A DNA stretch of 64,000 bases. It comes from Azolla caroliniana (Eukaryota; Plantae; Polypodiophyta). Numbering within the stretch: the first letter of the stretch is position 1; the number at the start of each line of letters is the position of its first letter. Positions 36,750-49,942 of the stretch are shown piece after piece. The stretch spans positions 11,656,001 to 11,720,000 of the forward strand of contig JBHGNT010000014.1 in assembly GCA_043228905.1 (NCBI GenBank). The letters are read 5' to 3'. The notes beneath the pieces were generated by a model that worked only from the letters and a program-made list of their open reading frames with translations, was not told where the DNA came from and made no database searches. The translations under genes and the position numbers were made by a program.

Positions 36750-37520
36750 CAAGTCCCGACCGCATAGTAGTGTACGCATCCACGCATGCGCGCGTGCGCA
36801 CACACGCATCCGCGTGCTCGTCCGCACATACATGTCCGTCCGAAAGCGTCCACGCGTACGCCCGAAACTTGCACACACGCGTACATCCGAAGACGTTCCT
36901 GACCGCATAGTAGTGTACGCATCCATGCATGCGCGCGTCCCGACCACGCCGTAGTGTACGCATCCACGCGCGCGCGCATCTAACCCGCACCGTGTACGCA
37001 TCCATGCATGCACGCATGCGCACACACGCATCCGCGCGCTCGTCCGCACATACACGTCCGTCCGAAAGCGTCCACGCGTACGCCCGAAACTTGCACTCAC
37101 GCGTACATCCGAAGACGTTCCCAACCGCATAGTAGTGTACACATATCCACGCATGCGCGCGTCCCGACCACGCCGTGTGTACGCATCCACGCGCGCGCGC
37201 ATCTAACCCGCACCGTGTACGCATCCCACTCACGCGTACATCCGAAGACGTTCCCAACTGCATAGTAGTGTACACATATCCACGCATGCGCGCGTCCCGA
37301 CCACGCCGTGTGTACGCATCCACGCGCGCGCGCATCTAACCCGCACCGTGTACGCATCCACGCATGCGCGCGTGCGCACACACACATGCGCGCGCTCGTC
37401 CGCACATACACGTCCGTATGAAAGCGTCCACGTGTACGCCCGAAACTTGCACACACACGTACATCTGAAGACGTCCACGCAACCATGCACACACGCATAC
37501 GCCCGAAGCGTGCACATCAC
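36750..37520. repeat. Related CpG-rich minisatellite in the element B 5' LTR with a different higher-order arrangement
   Basis: Same subrepeats (GTGTACGCATCCACGCATGCGCGCG, CATCTAACCCGCACC) in a different order. Confidence 0.9.
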
Positions 37521-40500
37521 ATAGTGTAGCCCAAGTCACCTTGAACATTCTATGCTCCACACATTGATAGAATGAATATGTTTTGGTTTCCTTATATATT
37601 CTGGGTTCCAATGTTGTCCTATCTATGTGGGATATCTCACAGTTTTGTCTTTTCTTTTCTTTTCTTCAAACTTCACACTCACATAACTTGATACTTGTTT
37701 ATCCGTTTTATGCGTAGTAAAATATGCTATGAAGCTCTTGAACACATCTATCTTTCCATATCCATATATTAAGCTAATTGTAAAAAATTATTTTACTAGT
37801 TTTCATATCGTGCGTGAAAAACCACATGACAACGCGACGATATCCCGCACGCTTTCCCATGTTTCGATGAGGCCACTCCCGGTAGTTGTGTCCTCTAGAA
37901 GCACTCCAAGATCCTTCCGGTCTCGAATGTCTACGGCTCGTAAGAACATGATAACTTTGTCCGGTGCAAGGATAACTTGATCTCTCGTAGACAACCTCCC
38001 GAACCGACTTTCGAATGCCGAAAACACATCAAGGACCTTCATCCCCTTGTCCGGCGTTTCCACCCAATCCTCAAATCCTCTCCGTGTTGCCTTGGAGAAG
38101 TCCTCGATAGCGAACGTGGTCTTTAACGCCTCTTCAAACGCTTCTCACGTCGGATTTTGTTGTCGTAGCCCGTAGATGCTTGGTTGAAGCCCGTCGGTAG
38201 CCACCCGGTTGAAGGATGTCACTTGCAGTTCTTCCGAAATCCCGCATCGTATCATTTCCGCCTTGTAGTCCCGAAGTTAACGTGATACGTCCTTTCCATT
38301 GAATTGCCCGATCTGTTGCACAAGCCGCTCTACTACCACCGCTATCTCCGACATCACACGTTGTTCTTGAAGCATCCGCTCGAACATCATTATCATGTTG
38401 TTAGCCTCCGGTTAATTTTCCATCTCCTTGCCACCCGTTTTCACGTCAGGTTCACCACTTGTGTCGTGCCTTTCGGCTCCGGATCGTTGCGTGAATCGGG
38501 TGGGAACCACCAAGGTTTTGGACTAGGAGAAAAGAAAATTCTGAGATAATTAAGAATATGAAATATATGATAAGAAAGAAATATATGAAAAACTCGTGAA
38601 TCCCACGAGTATAGTGTATTAATTGATAATTGATACTTAGAATGTAAGAGAGAAATAGATGGCAAAATCGTGAATCCCACGAATATATATTTTTTAATAA
38701 TCAATCCTTGTAAAATAATCAACAACCCCATACATCTTTCTCTCCTCGTTATATAAGGATCGAAGAGGCTAAGCATAGCTTCATGCTTTTTCTAAAGTGT
38801 TCATGCACACTAAATGTGCATGAGTTGCCTTTTTACACTATGCTTTTATTTCCTAAATATAGTGCTCATGCTCGTTAGATGTGCACGAGTCAATTTTTAT
38901 TGGTGTACATTTTTCTTATAAAGTATTCACGTATTCTAAGAAATGCATGACTTACCTTTTAATAAAGGTAGGTGTAAATAAAGGTCTTATACGTATTAAA
39001 TCTATACTTAGAACATTTAGGACAAGTTAGTAGAATGGTAAGGTTGGGGTTTGTCTACGTGGATGTAAAGGGTTTGAATCCTGCCCTATGCACATAATAA
39101 ATATTTTTAATATTTTATTTTATTTATTATGCGTACTTTAAATCGGATATAGTATTTTACATATTTCACGTAGTGTGTGATTCACACTACGACAACGTAT
39201 TTGATGTTATCTTGCACCCACACCTTCTAATACAGTTCTCCAGGATCCCAAGTTAATGTAGATATTGGTCTCCTTTCCAATATCCAAATCCTCCAAAAAA
39301 AATTCACCTTTTGAGGATCCGGATCTAAGACCCAATTTGATCCATCATTTGCAATCACCCTCACTTCTTTCTATAAACAAAACCTAAACAAATCATTTTC
39401 CATAGGTGTAAAGATTAACCTACCATCTTATACATCAAAACTCATACACTCTTGTTCCCCAATATAGGCTTTAACTCCAATAAAAACATCCAATGGAGTA
39501 AATAAACCCATCCACTTCTGTGTAGCAGATCCAATTTGCATCTGAACATTAAAAAGGGCATTCTGGATTGCAGAATACATTATCTTCCCACCCTTTATAT
39601 TACTAATTAATATCATTTGTTGATCTATAGGTTTAGACAGAAATGTTTTCCATGCACCTATAGACTATGTTGGCCCACGATCTAAGACGCATGCACATCT
39701 AGTACGCATTCCCAACATTTGTCCTCTTTGGTCAATCAACCATGAATTCCAAATCAGAGGTTGTCTATAGAATTCAGATTCTATTTTTGGCAATGTCTTA
39801 ACTAAATGAAGAGAAATATCTTTCCATGCATTAAGAACACATCGAGCAAATCTCTCTTCCCAATTTGTAGCAATAGCCAATTTGTTATGTTCCATAAAAG
39901 CCCATCTAAAACTAGGCCTCCAATCTCCACCCGTCTTGGGACAAAACCTTTGCAATTCATAAAACAACAATTGTTTCCAAGGTTCCGATCTTGGCAACAA
40001 TCCTCGAATCACCAATTTTGCCATCAAATCTTTGGACTGTTGTAATGAATTTGCAATCCCTAATCCTCCTTGATCCAATGGCTTAATAATTGTGGTCCAA
40101 GAGACTTTTGCCCTAGCATGACTTCCATCATTACCAGACCACAAATAATCTCGAATCAATCTTTGCAATTGTCCCATACATGTGAAAAACTCTAACATGA
40201 CATAATATACCAGAGACTAGACAACAAGACTTGATTAACGACTATCACTCTACCCGCAAATGATAGTTTAGCTTTACTCCAAAACACAAGTTTTTCCTAA
40301 TTTTCAATAGCAAAGAAGCAACTTGAATTTTTGAAGAAATATTCAAACCTACTTGACATCCCAAATATCTAACTGAAGTGCCCTCGAGAACCCATTGGAA
40401 ATCTGGATGAGAACTCCATTGTGGAGTTGTGGAATTGGATGATACCAAAAAACCCACAGATTGATTCCAATTAATTGATGCACCTGAAGCCATACAAAAT

Positions 40501-43500
40501 GTTTGCACTGCTGTGTACATTTTCTGCAGATTATTATTCTGACCATCCAGATACAAACTTGTATCATCAACAAATTCTACATCAACAACATTTGTCCCAT
40601 CAATGGGCATTGCTATTCCTTTCAATCCAACCTCTTCACCAGTCAAAAACAAACTCATCGCTTCAGCCAAAAACAAAAATAAATATGGTGCAAGTGGATA
40701 GCCTTCTCGTACACTTCGGGAAATTTGAAACTCATCACCTTTAACCCCTCCTACCAAAACAGAATTGCACGCTGAATTATACAAAGAAGACACTCCTATC
40801 ACCCATTTCTCCGGAAAACCCAATCTTACAAGAGTACCCTGAAGAAACTCCCAATCAACACAATCATATGCTTTTTCAAAGTCAAGTAACAAAATCACTA
40901 AATCCTCTTTTTTCTTCCGAGCCAAGGCAATGGCTTCCCTAAAAAACAACAAATTATCCAGTATACTTCTTTCCTAAATAAAACCTGTTTGTGTGATATG
41001 AATCAAATCATGTAAGAAAGGTTGCAATCTCAATAACAATGTTTTTGCGAAGATTTTATATATTGTATTTAACAAAATTATTGGTCTCCATTTTCTAATA
41101 TCATATGATATGCCTTCAACCTTCGGTATTAAATAAATCAAGCCAACTGCCATACTACGAGGCATGTACCCAGTGTCAAAAATTCTTTGATGAGCTTTTA
41201 TTAAGTCTTCCCCAATATATTCCCAATATTTGAGGAAAAAATGTGGAGTAATTCCATCCTCCCCTTGACAAGACATAAGACTTAAAGCTCTAAGTGCATT
41301 ATGTATTTCCATAATGTCAAAGGGCTTAAGTAATGCAACCTTCATTTCATTTGTAACTTTTGGCTTAATTTTGTCCCACACACATTTCCTACTTATGTGA
41401 ATAGGTTTTGTAACCACACCAGCAGACAACAATTTAGCATAATACGTAGTAGCAATTTGTATAATTTCTGACTCATCTTCTGTTAAGGAGCCATATTGCC
41501 TCCTTAGTTGTTTAATCCCTATTGCCGACCATTTCGGTGCAACTTGGGAAAAAAACATCTTGTTTACTTTGTCACCTACTTGTGTCCATTTTGAAGCAGA
41601 AGCTTGATATTGAAATTTTAAAATGTTGTCCTCAAGCTTTTTTAATTCCCATTTCGCATCATGTAAAGCATTTGTTGTCCATTCACACAATGGATCCCTT
41701 TCTTGAAAATGTTGCAATGATGTCAAGGCACGATGCATACTGATAATTTTCTATGTATATCTTTCCCTTTTCCGCTATGCCCAAGAGATTAAAAAACTAC
41801 TAATATGTGATATTGCCAAGGCCACATTATCTTCCACATTTCCAATTTGCAATAAAGTTTGTCTCCATATATACATAACTTGTTCAATAATTATGGATTT
41901 TGTAAACAATTCCACTAGAATCTTTATTCTCCGTTGTTGCTTATGTTTTTTCCCATCATTAAGTTGTAATACAATTGGGGCATGATCGGAGAAAGTCGTA
42001 CCTGGATAAATGCCAACACTCCCTCCTATCTCCGCAAATAAATCATCAACATAAATCCTATCAATTCTTGACAGATTTCCCCATTTACTCTTCTATCAGA
42101 TCTAGAAAGCATTAAAGAATTATGCAATTTTCCGAAGGATGGTAAATGCCAAACATCCAACAACCTTCTACTTATAGTAAATTTTTCCCATGCGGATAAT
42201 TCTAAACCATGCACTGTTGCTTCACCTTCACCACTCCTATCCTCAGGACCCTCAATCATATTAAAGTCTCCTGTTATACACCAATGATCTACAGTTGGCA
42301 ACGAACTATCCAATTCGATCCACATTTTCAATCATTCTCTAGAAGAATTAGGAGCATACAAATTCAAAAGGCCAACCTTTTTATTATGAAATTTCATGAT
42401 AACGTATTGTGCTATTCCTAACAACAAATTTCCTACATCCAACATCTTTACTTGCCATATATCCCGAATAGCCGTACATAATCCACCTTGAAGTTGTGTT
42501 GATCCATATGCTAGAACCCACAACATTTCCCAATTTCCATGCAATAATGAACCATAGACTTTAGTATGCCTTTCATTTAGATGATGTTCTTGTAACTTCA
42601 CTATGTCCACTTGCCCAATTATACATTTATGCATCTCTTTTTGAAATCTCTGTTTATATTGTTTACATAAGGATCCCCCAAGACCCTGAACATTCCAAGA
42701 AATAATCTTCATATTTACACAAATTTAGACAGTAATCTTTTTTTTTTCAAACATCGATTCCTGTCTTCTTGAGACTTAATCATTCTTCTAAAAGAGATAT
42801 GATCTTTACTAAATGCATTAGTCTGCTTATGTACTCTCTGAGTGGAAATCTTACTATTACTTGAAAATGTTCAACTAATGATTTCGTGGAAGTTCTCCAA
42901 TTATTAGCATTCTTCATGAAAGGATTATGATCCTTCGACAAATGCTTGGACATGGATCTTGTCCACCTCCCTTCAAACGAAGGCAAGGATCCAATGTCAA
43001 CTATTCAATTTTTATTTTGTAGTTCTCCTACAATCTCTTGTCCATTCATGGTTTCTGATACATTAATCGGGATGATAGCATTCTCAGCATATAAAACCAT
43101 TTCACAACTACATCCTTCATGATGTTCTTTATTATATACTTGAACGTCAAGTTTAGGATCATCTGGTCTTGATTGTATTCCATCCACAATCTCCTTGCCA
43201 GGATGCCTATTGTTAGGTACACCCATATTTCCCAAATCTTCAATCATTTGAGTTTGTCCATCTTCTACGTTGGTTAACAAATTGTATATATTATCCTTAG
43301 GTTGCCATTTGAATTTATCATGACTTTTGGCAACTTGAACCCAAGTGCCGCCAACACTTGTTTGTGGCTCATCATTTACAACATGTATTGGCTCTTTCCT
43401 TGACAAGGAACATTCCTTAGCTAAATGTCCCATTCTTTTACATAAAAAACATTGATTTGGTAACCCATCATATACAATTTTTTGTCTCTTTCCACATCCC

Positions 43501-44729
43501 CAATTTTCCAAACATGGTAATTTCACATATTCCGGCAACGGTTTTCCTCTAGTACATAATAATTTAATTGTTGGTATTCCAAATATTTTTCTGTCTTTAT
43601 TATGTATATAGGCATATAATACAACTCCAATTAAATCCCTTAACTGATGCAAGAGATGATGCCATTCCTTAGGCAATCCCGGAAAACTCCCAGTTAGAAC
43701 TAAAAAATCATGTTGGGTCTCTCTCATAGGATCAAAACCATGTTTCCATTCCTGAAATTTAACCCATGATCCTCTTATATCAACAAATTTCATAGCAAGT
43801 AATACCTAGACTGATGCCTCATCTTGAAACTCAACATGATAATAGCCTCTTCCTAAAAATTGCACATCTTCAATACGACCAATTTCAGCCTGTAATTGAG
43901 CCTATAGCAAGTGCCTCAACTCTTGACAATTTAGCCGGAGACCTAAAACTTGTATAATTAAAGAAATTTGTTGCAAACGGTAGATCTCTTCTCTCATATG
44001 TACTTGTTCTTGCTCTGATAGTTGAAGCTCGACCATCAGCCCCGCAACAGGTTGAAAATCGGGAAGTGATTCACGGGATCCTCCCACTGTCATAACTGCC
44101 TGGGCCTTTGTTGTTTCCTTAGCCATGCTCTTCTTCCTCTTTGTGTCTGTGTCACCAGTATAGTTCTACATCCTAAAATGTGTATAAGAAATTTAAACAT
44201 TTCACATCCTAAAATACTTGTAGTAATATGAATGTCGACAATCCCTTATTCTATAAATCAGTGTAAGTGTGTATCACGATGTTGTACTTCAAATTGTAAT
44301 TATTTACAATTATGCCTTCATAGATTGAGGAATCTTCTACAATTATCACACTCATGATAGGTTTCTCTTTTCTTCGTCTTCTTCTTCTATCTTCTGCGAT
44401 TATCACACTCAGAGTCAAGGAAGGTTTATGTCATCTTTTCTCTCTTCTGCTTCATCTTCTTCATCTTCTTCATCGTCGTCTCTTCTATTCTTCTTTCTTC
44501 CTTCCTTTGACTTCTTTTTCACTATAATCTTTTTTTTCCTTTGCTTTTTGTTGGGGTTTTACTAACATTTTCTTTATAAATATGTATTATACCTGTTTTT
44601 TTATAAATACATTAAATACCGTATTGGACAAATGTACATGATATTTGACTGAACAACATTGAGGTATAGTACGTACTATACAAATTATGAGGTACTATAC
44701 ATATTTAAATGTTAAATACAGATACATAA

Positions 44730-45645
44730 ACAACCATGCTTCGAAGTCACAAGCGCAATCCTGACTGAAGATGCTCAGAGGAAATCGTTTACAAAAGACT
44801 CGGCCAATGAAGCTTACGTAGTACAATGTTCGACTGACCGATCGAACAGTCGAGGAAGAAGTTCTTCCCGGGCACTGAACAATCAGCGAAGCCAGAGCAA
44901 ATCCCGGGACAATCGAATTTGCAACTACTGCAAGAAACCTGGACACCTCAAATCCAATTGCCACACCCTTAAATATAGAATAAAAAAAGCTCAGAGAGCT
45001 TATCACAAGGGTGGATGGTAGGAGGAGGTTAACTACATCGGAACCTCAGTTGAAGTATTGACGGATGACCCCAATATACTATTTATTGAAAAACCAGTTG
45101 AGTCAAAAGTTCTGCTTAGGATTGAGGAATCAAGGACATGGCTCCTTGATTCGAGTGCGTCCTATCATGTGACTCCTCATAGATCCCAAATTTGGCAATA
45201 TTCGACCCTACACTCCTACTCAGTCCTAGTCGGAAATTCATAACATTACGCCATCATCGAAATCGACACTATAGAGCTCAACCTTCCAGGTGGCTCCACA
45301 CGAAGTGTAATACACAACGTTTGACATGTACCTGAGCTCTCAAGACCTTAGATCTCAATCGGACAATTGGATGAAGACGACCTCCATGTCCGCATCTCAT
45401 TAGGAGGGTGGACACTCCACAAGGGGAACCTCCTACTTGCTTGAGGCCCGAAGATACATTCATTGTACCAGTTATATGTCACAATCAGAGAGGGTGACTT
45501 GTTTTTGGTGGAAATTCTTGTGTCGTCGCTATGGCATGGACGACTTGGACACCTCAATCAAGCTGACATCATGCAATTGATCCAAAGCCAGATACATTCC
45601 CAAACTCTCATTCTCCGATCATCAATATTGTGAGCATTGCTAGTA
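44730..45645 (+). pseudogene. Continuation of the copia gag-pol: zinc knuckle, protease, GAG-pre-integrase
   Basis: EVTSAILTEDA...CNYCKKPGHLKSNC, WLLDSSASYHVT, LWHGRLGHL, CEHC. Confidence 0.85.
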
Positions 45646-46014
45646 TAACACCGAGACATTTGAAATAGGTAATATGTCCAAAAATGACACAAATTAGGGC
45701 GATTCACAAAAAGGGGTGTTGCATGCGTAAAGGATTTTAAAAAATGACCCAAAAATATATTGATTTCTAGCATGTACGAAAATTTAGGTGTTCAATAAAA
45801 TGCCTAAATAATGGACATGCCAAACTTACAAATGAATGTCCAAAATGACTAACACCAATATTTATAGAAATTCATGAATCCAAATCTTGATATAAAATAC
45901 AATATTTACAGTTAACGTATCAAGACAATCGTTTTCCAAGTTTATGTAATCATCTTCATACCCATTAGATGAACTACTAAGAGTTTATGAGGTCTCATCC
46001 TCATCATCAATGGC

Positions 46015-46780
46015 AACTAATGCATTGTCTTCACCGAATTGCAATCCAACCTCATCGATGTTATGAGTCGTGCTTCTTGTTTGTGTTTGTGTTGTGTCTG
46101 AAGCCACATTCGAGATCCTCTTTTAGTACTTCATTGCGATTTGTCGCAGATAACTTGTTTTGGTCAAAGATAAGTCATACACTAGTATATAAACATTATC
46201 CATTGTAAGAGTAGATGTGCTTGCTACATTCTTTTTTTTTCACTTTTTGGTTTTGATATTTAATTATGTACTTTCTATTTACGATATTTGATTATGTGAG
46301 AGAAACCTTCTACCAAAATCATTAGAATCTAAAATATGTCGTAAAGATGTTTTTTCGTTTTTTGTAGATTCACATACTAAGCCTTTGATGTTAAACGAAA
46401 ATCAAATTCATTCCATCTAGATCTGATGCACTATGTCGAATTTTACTCAATACATCTAGAATTGGATGTAGTGCATTGTCTTCATCGAATTGCAATCCAA
46501 CCTCATCGAGGTTATGAGTTGTGCTTCTTGTTTGTCTTTGTGTTGTGTCTGAAGCCACATTCAAGATCCTCTTTTAGTATCTTCATTGTGATCTGTCACA
46601 GATAACTTGTTTTGGTCAAAGATAAGTCATACACTAGTATATAAACATTATCCAATGTAAGAGTAGATGTGCTCGACACATTCTTTCTTTTTCACTTTTT
46701 GGTTTTGATATTTAATTATGTACTTTCTATTTACGATATTTGATTATGTGAGAGAAACCTTCTACCAAAATCATTATGTA
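46015..46780. repeat. ~450-bp-period direct duplication within the TIR element
   Basis: 46021-46325 is repeated at ~46472-46775. Confidence 0.85.
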
Positions 46781-48580
46781 CTTTCTTTTTCATTTTTCGT
46801 AGATTTTGATAGTAAGCCTTTGATGTCAAACGGAAATCAGATTCATTCCATCTAGATCTAATGCACTATGTCGAATTTTACTCTATACATCTAGAATTGG
46901 ATATAGTGCATAAGATTCCTATTGGAAGTCTTAGAAATTTTTTGAAAATTTACAATAAAAAAGTATTGTTGCATTTTCAATTGAGACATAATGCATTGCA
47001 TCGAATTCTAGCTATATAGAGTAAAATATGATACACCGCATTAGATTTCAGTTGAAATTCGATTTTCAAAATATTTTTAAAAAATGAAAAAATATAATAA
47101 TGGATTTTCAATGGAAATGTGTTGCACTACATTGGATTTCAATTGATAGTCCACTTTTTCTTATTTGTTTCCGAATTTTCTTATTTTTTGTATTTTTTCT
47201 TATTCGTTTTGTATTTTTTTTAAATTATTTTATTTTTCCCATAAATAAATAAATAAAAATTAAAAATATGGATTTTCAACAGAAATCCAATGCAGTGCAT
47301 CAGATTTTGGTTGAAAGTCCACTTTTTCTTATTTTTTTCTAAATTTTCTTATTTTTTTCAATTTTTTTAGTTTTCCCATAAATAAATAAATAAAAATTGG
47401 AAAAATAAATTTTCAACAGAAATCCGATGCACTGCATCAAATTTCAGTTGAAAGTCCACTTTTTCTTATTTGTTTCAGAATTTTCATATTTTTTTATTTT
47501 TTTATATTTGTTTTGAATTTTTTTATTTTTCCCATAAATAAATAAATAAAAATTGAAAAAATGGATTTTCAACGGAAATCAGATGCACCACATCAATTTT
47601 TAGTTGAAAGTCCACTTTTTATTATTTTTTTGCATATTTTCTTATTTTTTGAATTTTGTTTTTATTTTGTTTGATTTTTTGAATTTTCCCCATAAATAGA
47701 TAAATAAAAATATAAAAAATGGATTTTCAACGGAAATCCGATGCAGTGCATTAGATTTCAGTTGAAAATTCACTTTATCTTATTTGTTTTAAAATTGTTT
47801 TATTTCTTTTTTTCCATAAAAAAATGTTTAAAATAAAAAAAGTCATGGATTTGAGCCATTTTAAATTATGTATTTTCAACGGAAATCCGATGCACTACAT
47901 CGAATTTCCATCTAAAATCCATCATTTTCAACGGGCTTTTCAATGGTAATCCGATGCACTGCATCGGATTTCCGTTGAAAATATGAAAGTCCAATATTTT
48001 TCTTTTATTCTTTTCAATTATCATGGATTTTCAACTAAAATATGATGTAGTGCATCAGATTTCCGTTGAAAATGCATTATATTTTTTATTATTTCATTGT
48101 TTTATGAAAAAACGAAAAGAAATTTTGATTTTCAATTGAAATCAAATGCACTACATCAGATTTTAGTTGGAAATCCATTTTTTTAAATATTTTTATTTAT
48201 TTGTCGAATAAATGAAAAACAATTGAAGAGAAAAAGGATTGTCAGCTAAAATCTGATGCAGTGCATCGATGTCCAGATGTATAGACTATAATCCGATGTA
48301 GTGCATCGGATTTTAGTTGAGACACTATTGATTATTATTTTTTATATGGAAAAAAATAAAAAATAAAAAATAAAAATAAAACATTAGAAAAAGGAAAAAG
48401 AAAAATGGATTTTCGACTTTAATCCAATGCATTGCATTGGATTCTTGCTGTAGAGACTAAAATACAATGTAGTGCATCGTATTTTAGTTGAAAATCTATT
48501 TATTATTATTTTATGGAATTTTTTGTAAAAATTACAAAATTTTAAAAAATATTGTATTTTCAACTGGAATCTAGTGCATT
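46420..48580. repeat. Array of ~15-20 imperfect ~45-bp palindromes (TTTTCAACGGAAATCCGATGCAcTGCATCGGATTTCCGTTGAAAA) with AT-rich spacers
   Basis: Copies at about 46973, 47102, 47269, 47410, 47562, 47720, 47872, 47937, 48025, 48127, 48236 and 48407, plus partial ones. Confidence 0.9.
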
Positions 48581-49455
48581 TTTTATTTTTTCAAATTTTC
48601 AATGGGTTTTAGATTTGTTTTCTGACACAGGTATATAAAACTTGTCACATCAATTTAGTGTAACATTATAGTCTATTCTTCAGTTTAATGTTAGATGTGC
48701 AATTTCATTCTACTGTCATGTACTACTACAAATGCACCTTAAAGATGTTCAAGAACTTTGTTGCATTAGAGAAGGACCCTGAGCAGGTTATTTTCATCAA
48801 AATGAGGATCCAAGGTATCTGGGACTATCCGGATCAAGACCAAGAAGTTGGGGCAACGCATATCAATGAATTTGAGATGTTCTAGATGACTTCTAGAGAA
48901 CTTATGGAACCTATAGATGAAGAAACAGTAGACCTTGTTGAATTAGAAGACGTGCCAGAGTCTGAACATACTAACGATTCAACTTAGCGTACCGACAAAG
49001 CCAATGAGGACAATCCTGATGAAAGAGCTAATCTTGAAGAGATGGCTTTACCAGACTTATTATTCGATTGAATGGATATGGCTTATTGTAAAATTTGAAC
49101 AATATGAATTGTTAAATTTTAACGTAATATATAAATTGAACTTATTTATAATTTTCGTGTAACACTCATTGAACTGAGAGATTAAGTATAATTTGTATGT
49201 GTACATGTTGTCTAAAGTCTCCTTTATCCTTTGGGGTATATGGGAGATAAATTTATACTCTATCATTTACTCGTATGATTGGAATGTTATTGTAGACTAG
49301 TTTATTTATACATTGACGGTGTCATGTATCATGTGTCAATGGAAATTTTCTCTTAACATAGTAGTATCTCTTAATTGCAAGGTTCACAATTTGCTTTAAG
49401 ATATATTATATATAAATATACACACATAATTAGAAGAAGTCACTGATTCAGTGGG

Positions 49456-49830
49456 GTATGTGTTTTAGAATATGCACAATGACTCGTGTTACTATTATAC
49501 TTGCATTGACGAATATACCCCTGTCTAGGATTTGGAGAAAAACATGGTAGATAGAATATATGTTGGATGATTTTGTTGACATGATATTAGTTAGTTCTAT
49601 TTTTCGCTATGTTTTCATAAACCACATACGCACAAGGACTCATGTTAGAATATGTGGTATGCGTTTTAGAATATGCACAAGGACTCGTTACTATTATACT
49701 TGCATTGACGAATATACCCCTGTCTAGGATTTGGAAAAAAACATGGTAGATAGAATATACGTTGGATGATTTTGTTGACATGATATTAGTTAGTTCTATT
49801 TTTCACTATGTTTTCATAAACCACATACGC
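49456..49830. repeat. ~200-bp tandem duplication within the TIR element
   Basis: GTTTTAGAATATGCACAA...CATAAAACCACATACGCA occurs twice. Confidence 0.9.
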
Positions 49831-49942
49831 ATGCGTCGTGCCTTTTTGAAATTCTGCTTAAATAAGGCATTTTTTAACAGATCTCACTAATATATAAAAA
49901 AGAGAATGCGACATATTACCTGTTTCAAATGACCCGGTGTTG

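Larger units (their letters stand above)
27473..37831 (-). mobile_element. Full-length degraded gypsy element B: 5' LTR 36070-37831, Trp PBS 36045-36061, gag-PR-RT-RH-INT ~36048-30527, PPT 30461-30472, 3' LTR 27473-30460; TSD GCGC/ACGC
   Basis: Near-identical LTR flanks; CVWCDSFEHSRREC knuckle, ALIDHGSEIN protease, DLYSGYDQ/LPQGATNS/FLDD RT, VDTSPTGIG RNase H, HHCC integrase and WFGPY; many frameshifts. Confidence 0.9.
27180..39194 (-). mobile_element. Truncated gypsy element C: 5' LTR 38462-39194, tRNA-Trp PBS 38441-38457, gag 38440-37832 continuing at 27472-27180; pol and 3' LTR lost
   Basis: LTR matches the two solo LTRs. The PBS is complementary to the tRNA-Trp 3' end (TCACGTCAGGTTCACCA on +). 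Gag reads WESVRDIVA|RYTKRGQWL across the element B insertion. Confidence 0.8.
26605..44156 (-). mobile_element. Degraded full-length L1-type LINE E: ORF1 ~44126-43005, ORF2 endonuclease from 42712, RT ~41700-40245, 3' end 27130-26605; interrupted by gypsy C and B
   Basis: ORF1 knuckle CFLCKRMGHLAKEC; MKIISWNVQGLG and GDFN endonuclease motifs; WRPIILLN and LDFEKAYD RT motifs; WYIWKARC C-terminus. 18-bp TSD AGTATAGTTCTAC(G/A)TCCT at 26587-26604 and 44157-44174; A/GAA-rich tail. Confidence 0.88.
45646..49942. mobile_element. 4.3-kb non-autonomous TIR DNA transposon with TA target-site duplication, inserted in the copia integrase
   Basis: ~33-bp TIRs TAACACCGAGACATTTGAAATAGGTAATATGTC / GACATATTACCTGTTTCAAATGACCCGGTGTTG; TA at 45644-45645 and 49943-49944; removal restores CEHC*YGKL. 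Confidence 0.85.

Noticed and set aside
46970-48580. CRISPR array
   Set aside because: Plant nuclear context with no cas genes; repeats are degenerate and spacers are long, AT-rich and similar to one another; the array lies inside a TIR element.
48688-49060. Transposase gene within the TIR element
   Set aside because: Only a short acidic, stop-interrupted reading frame with no recognisable DDE motif; possibly a relic exon but not assignable.
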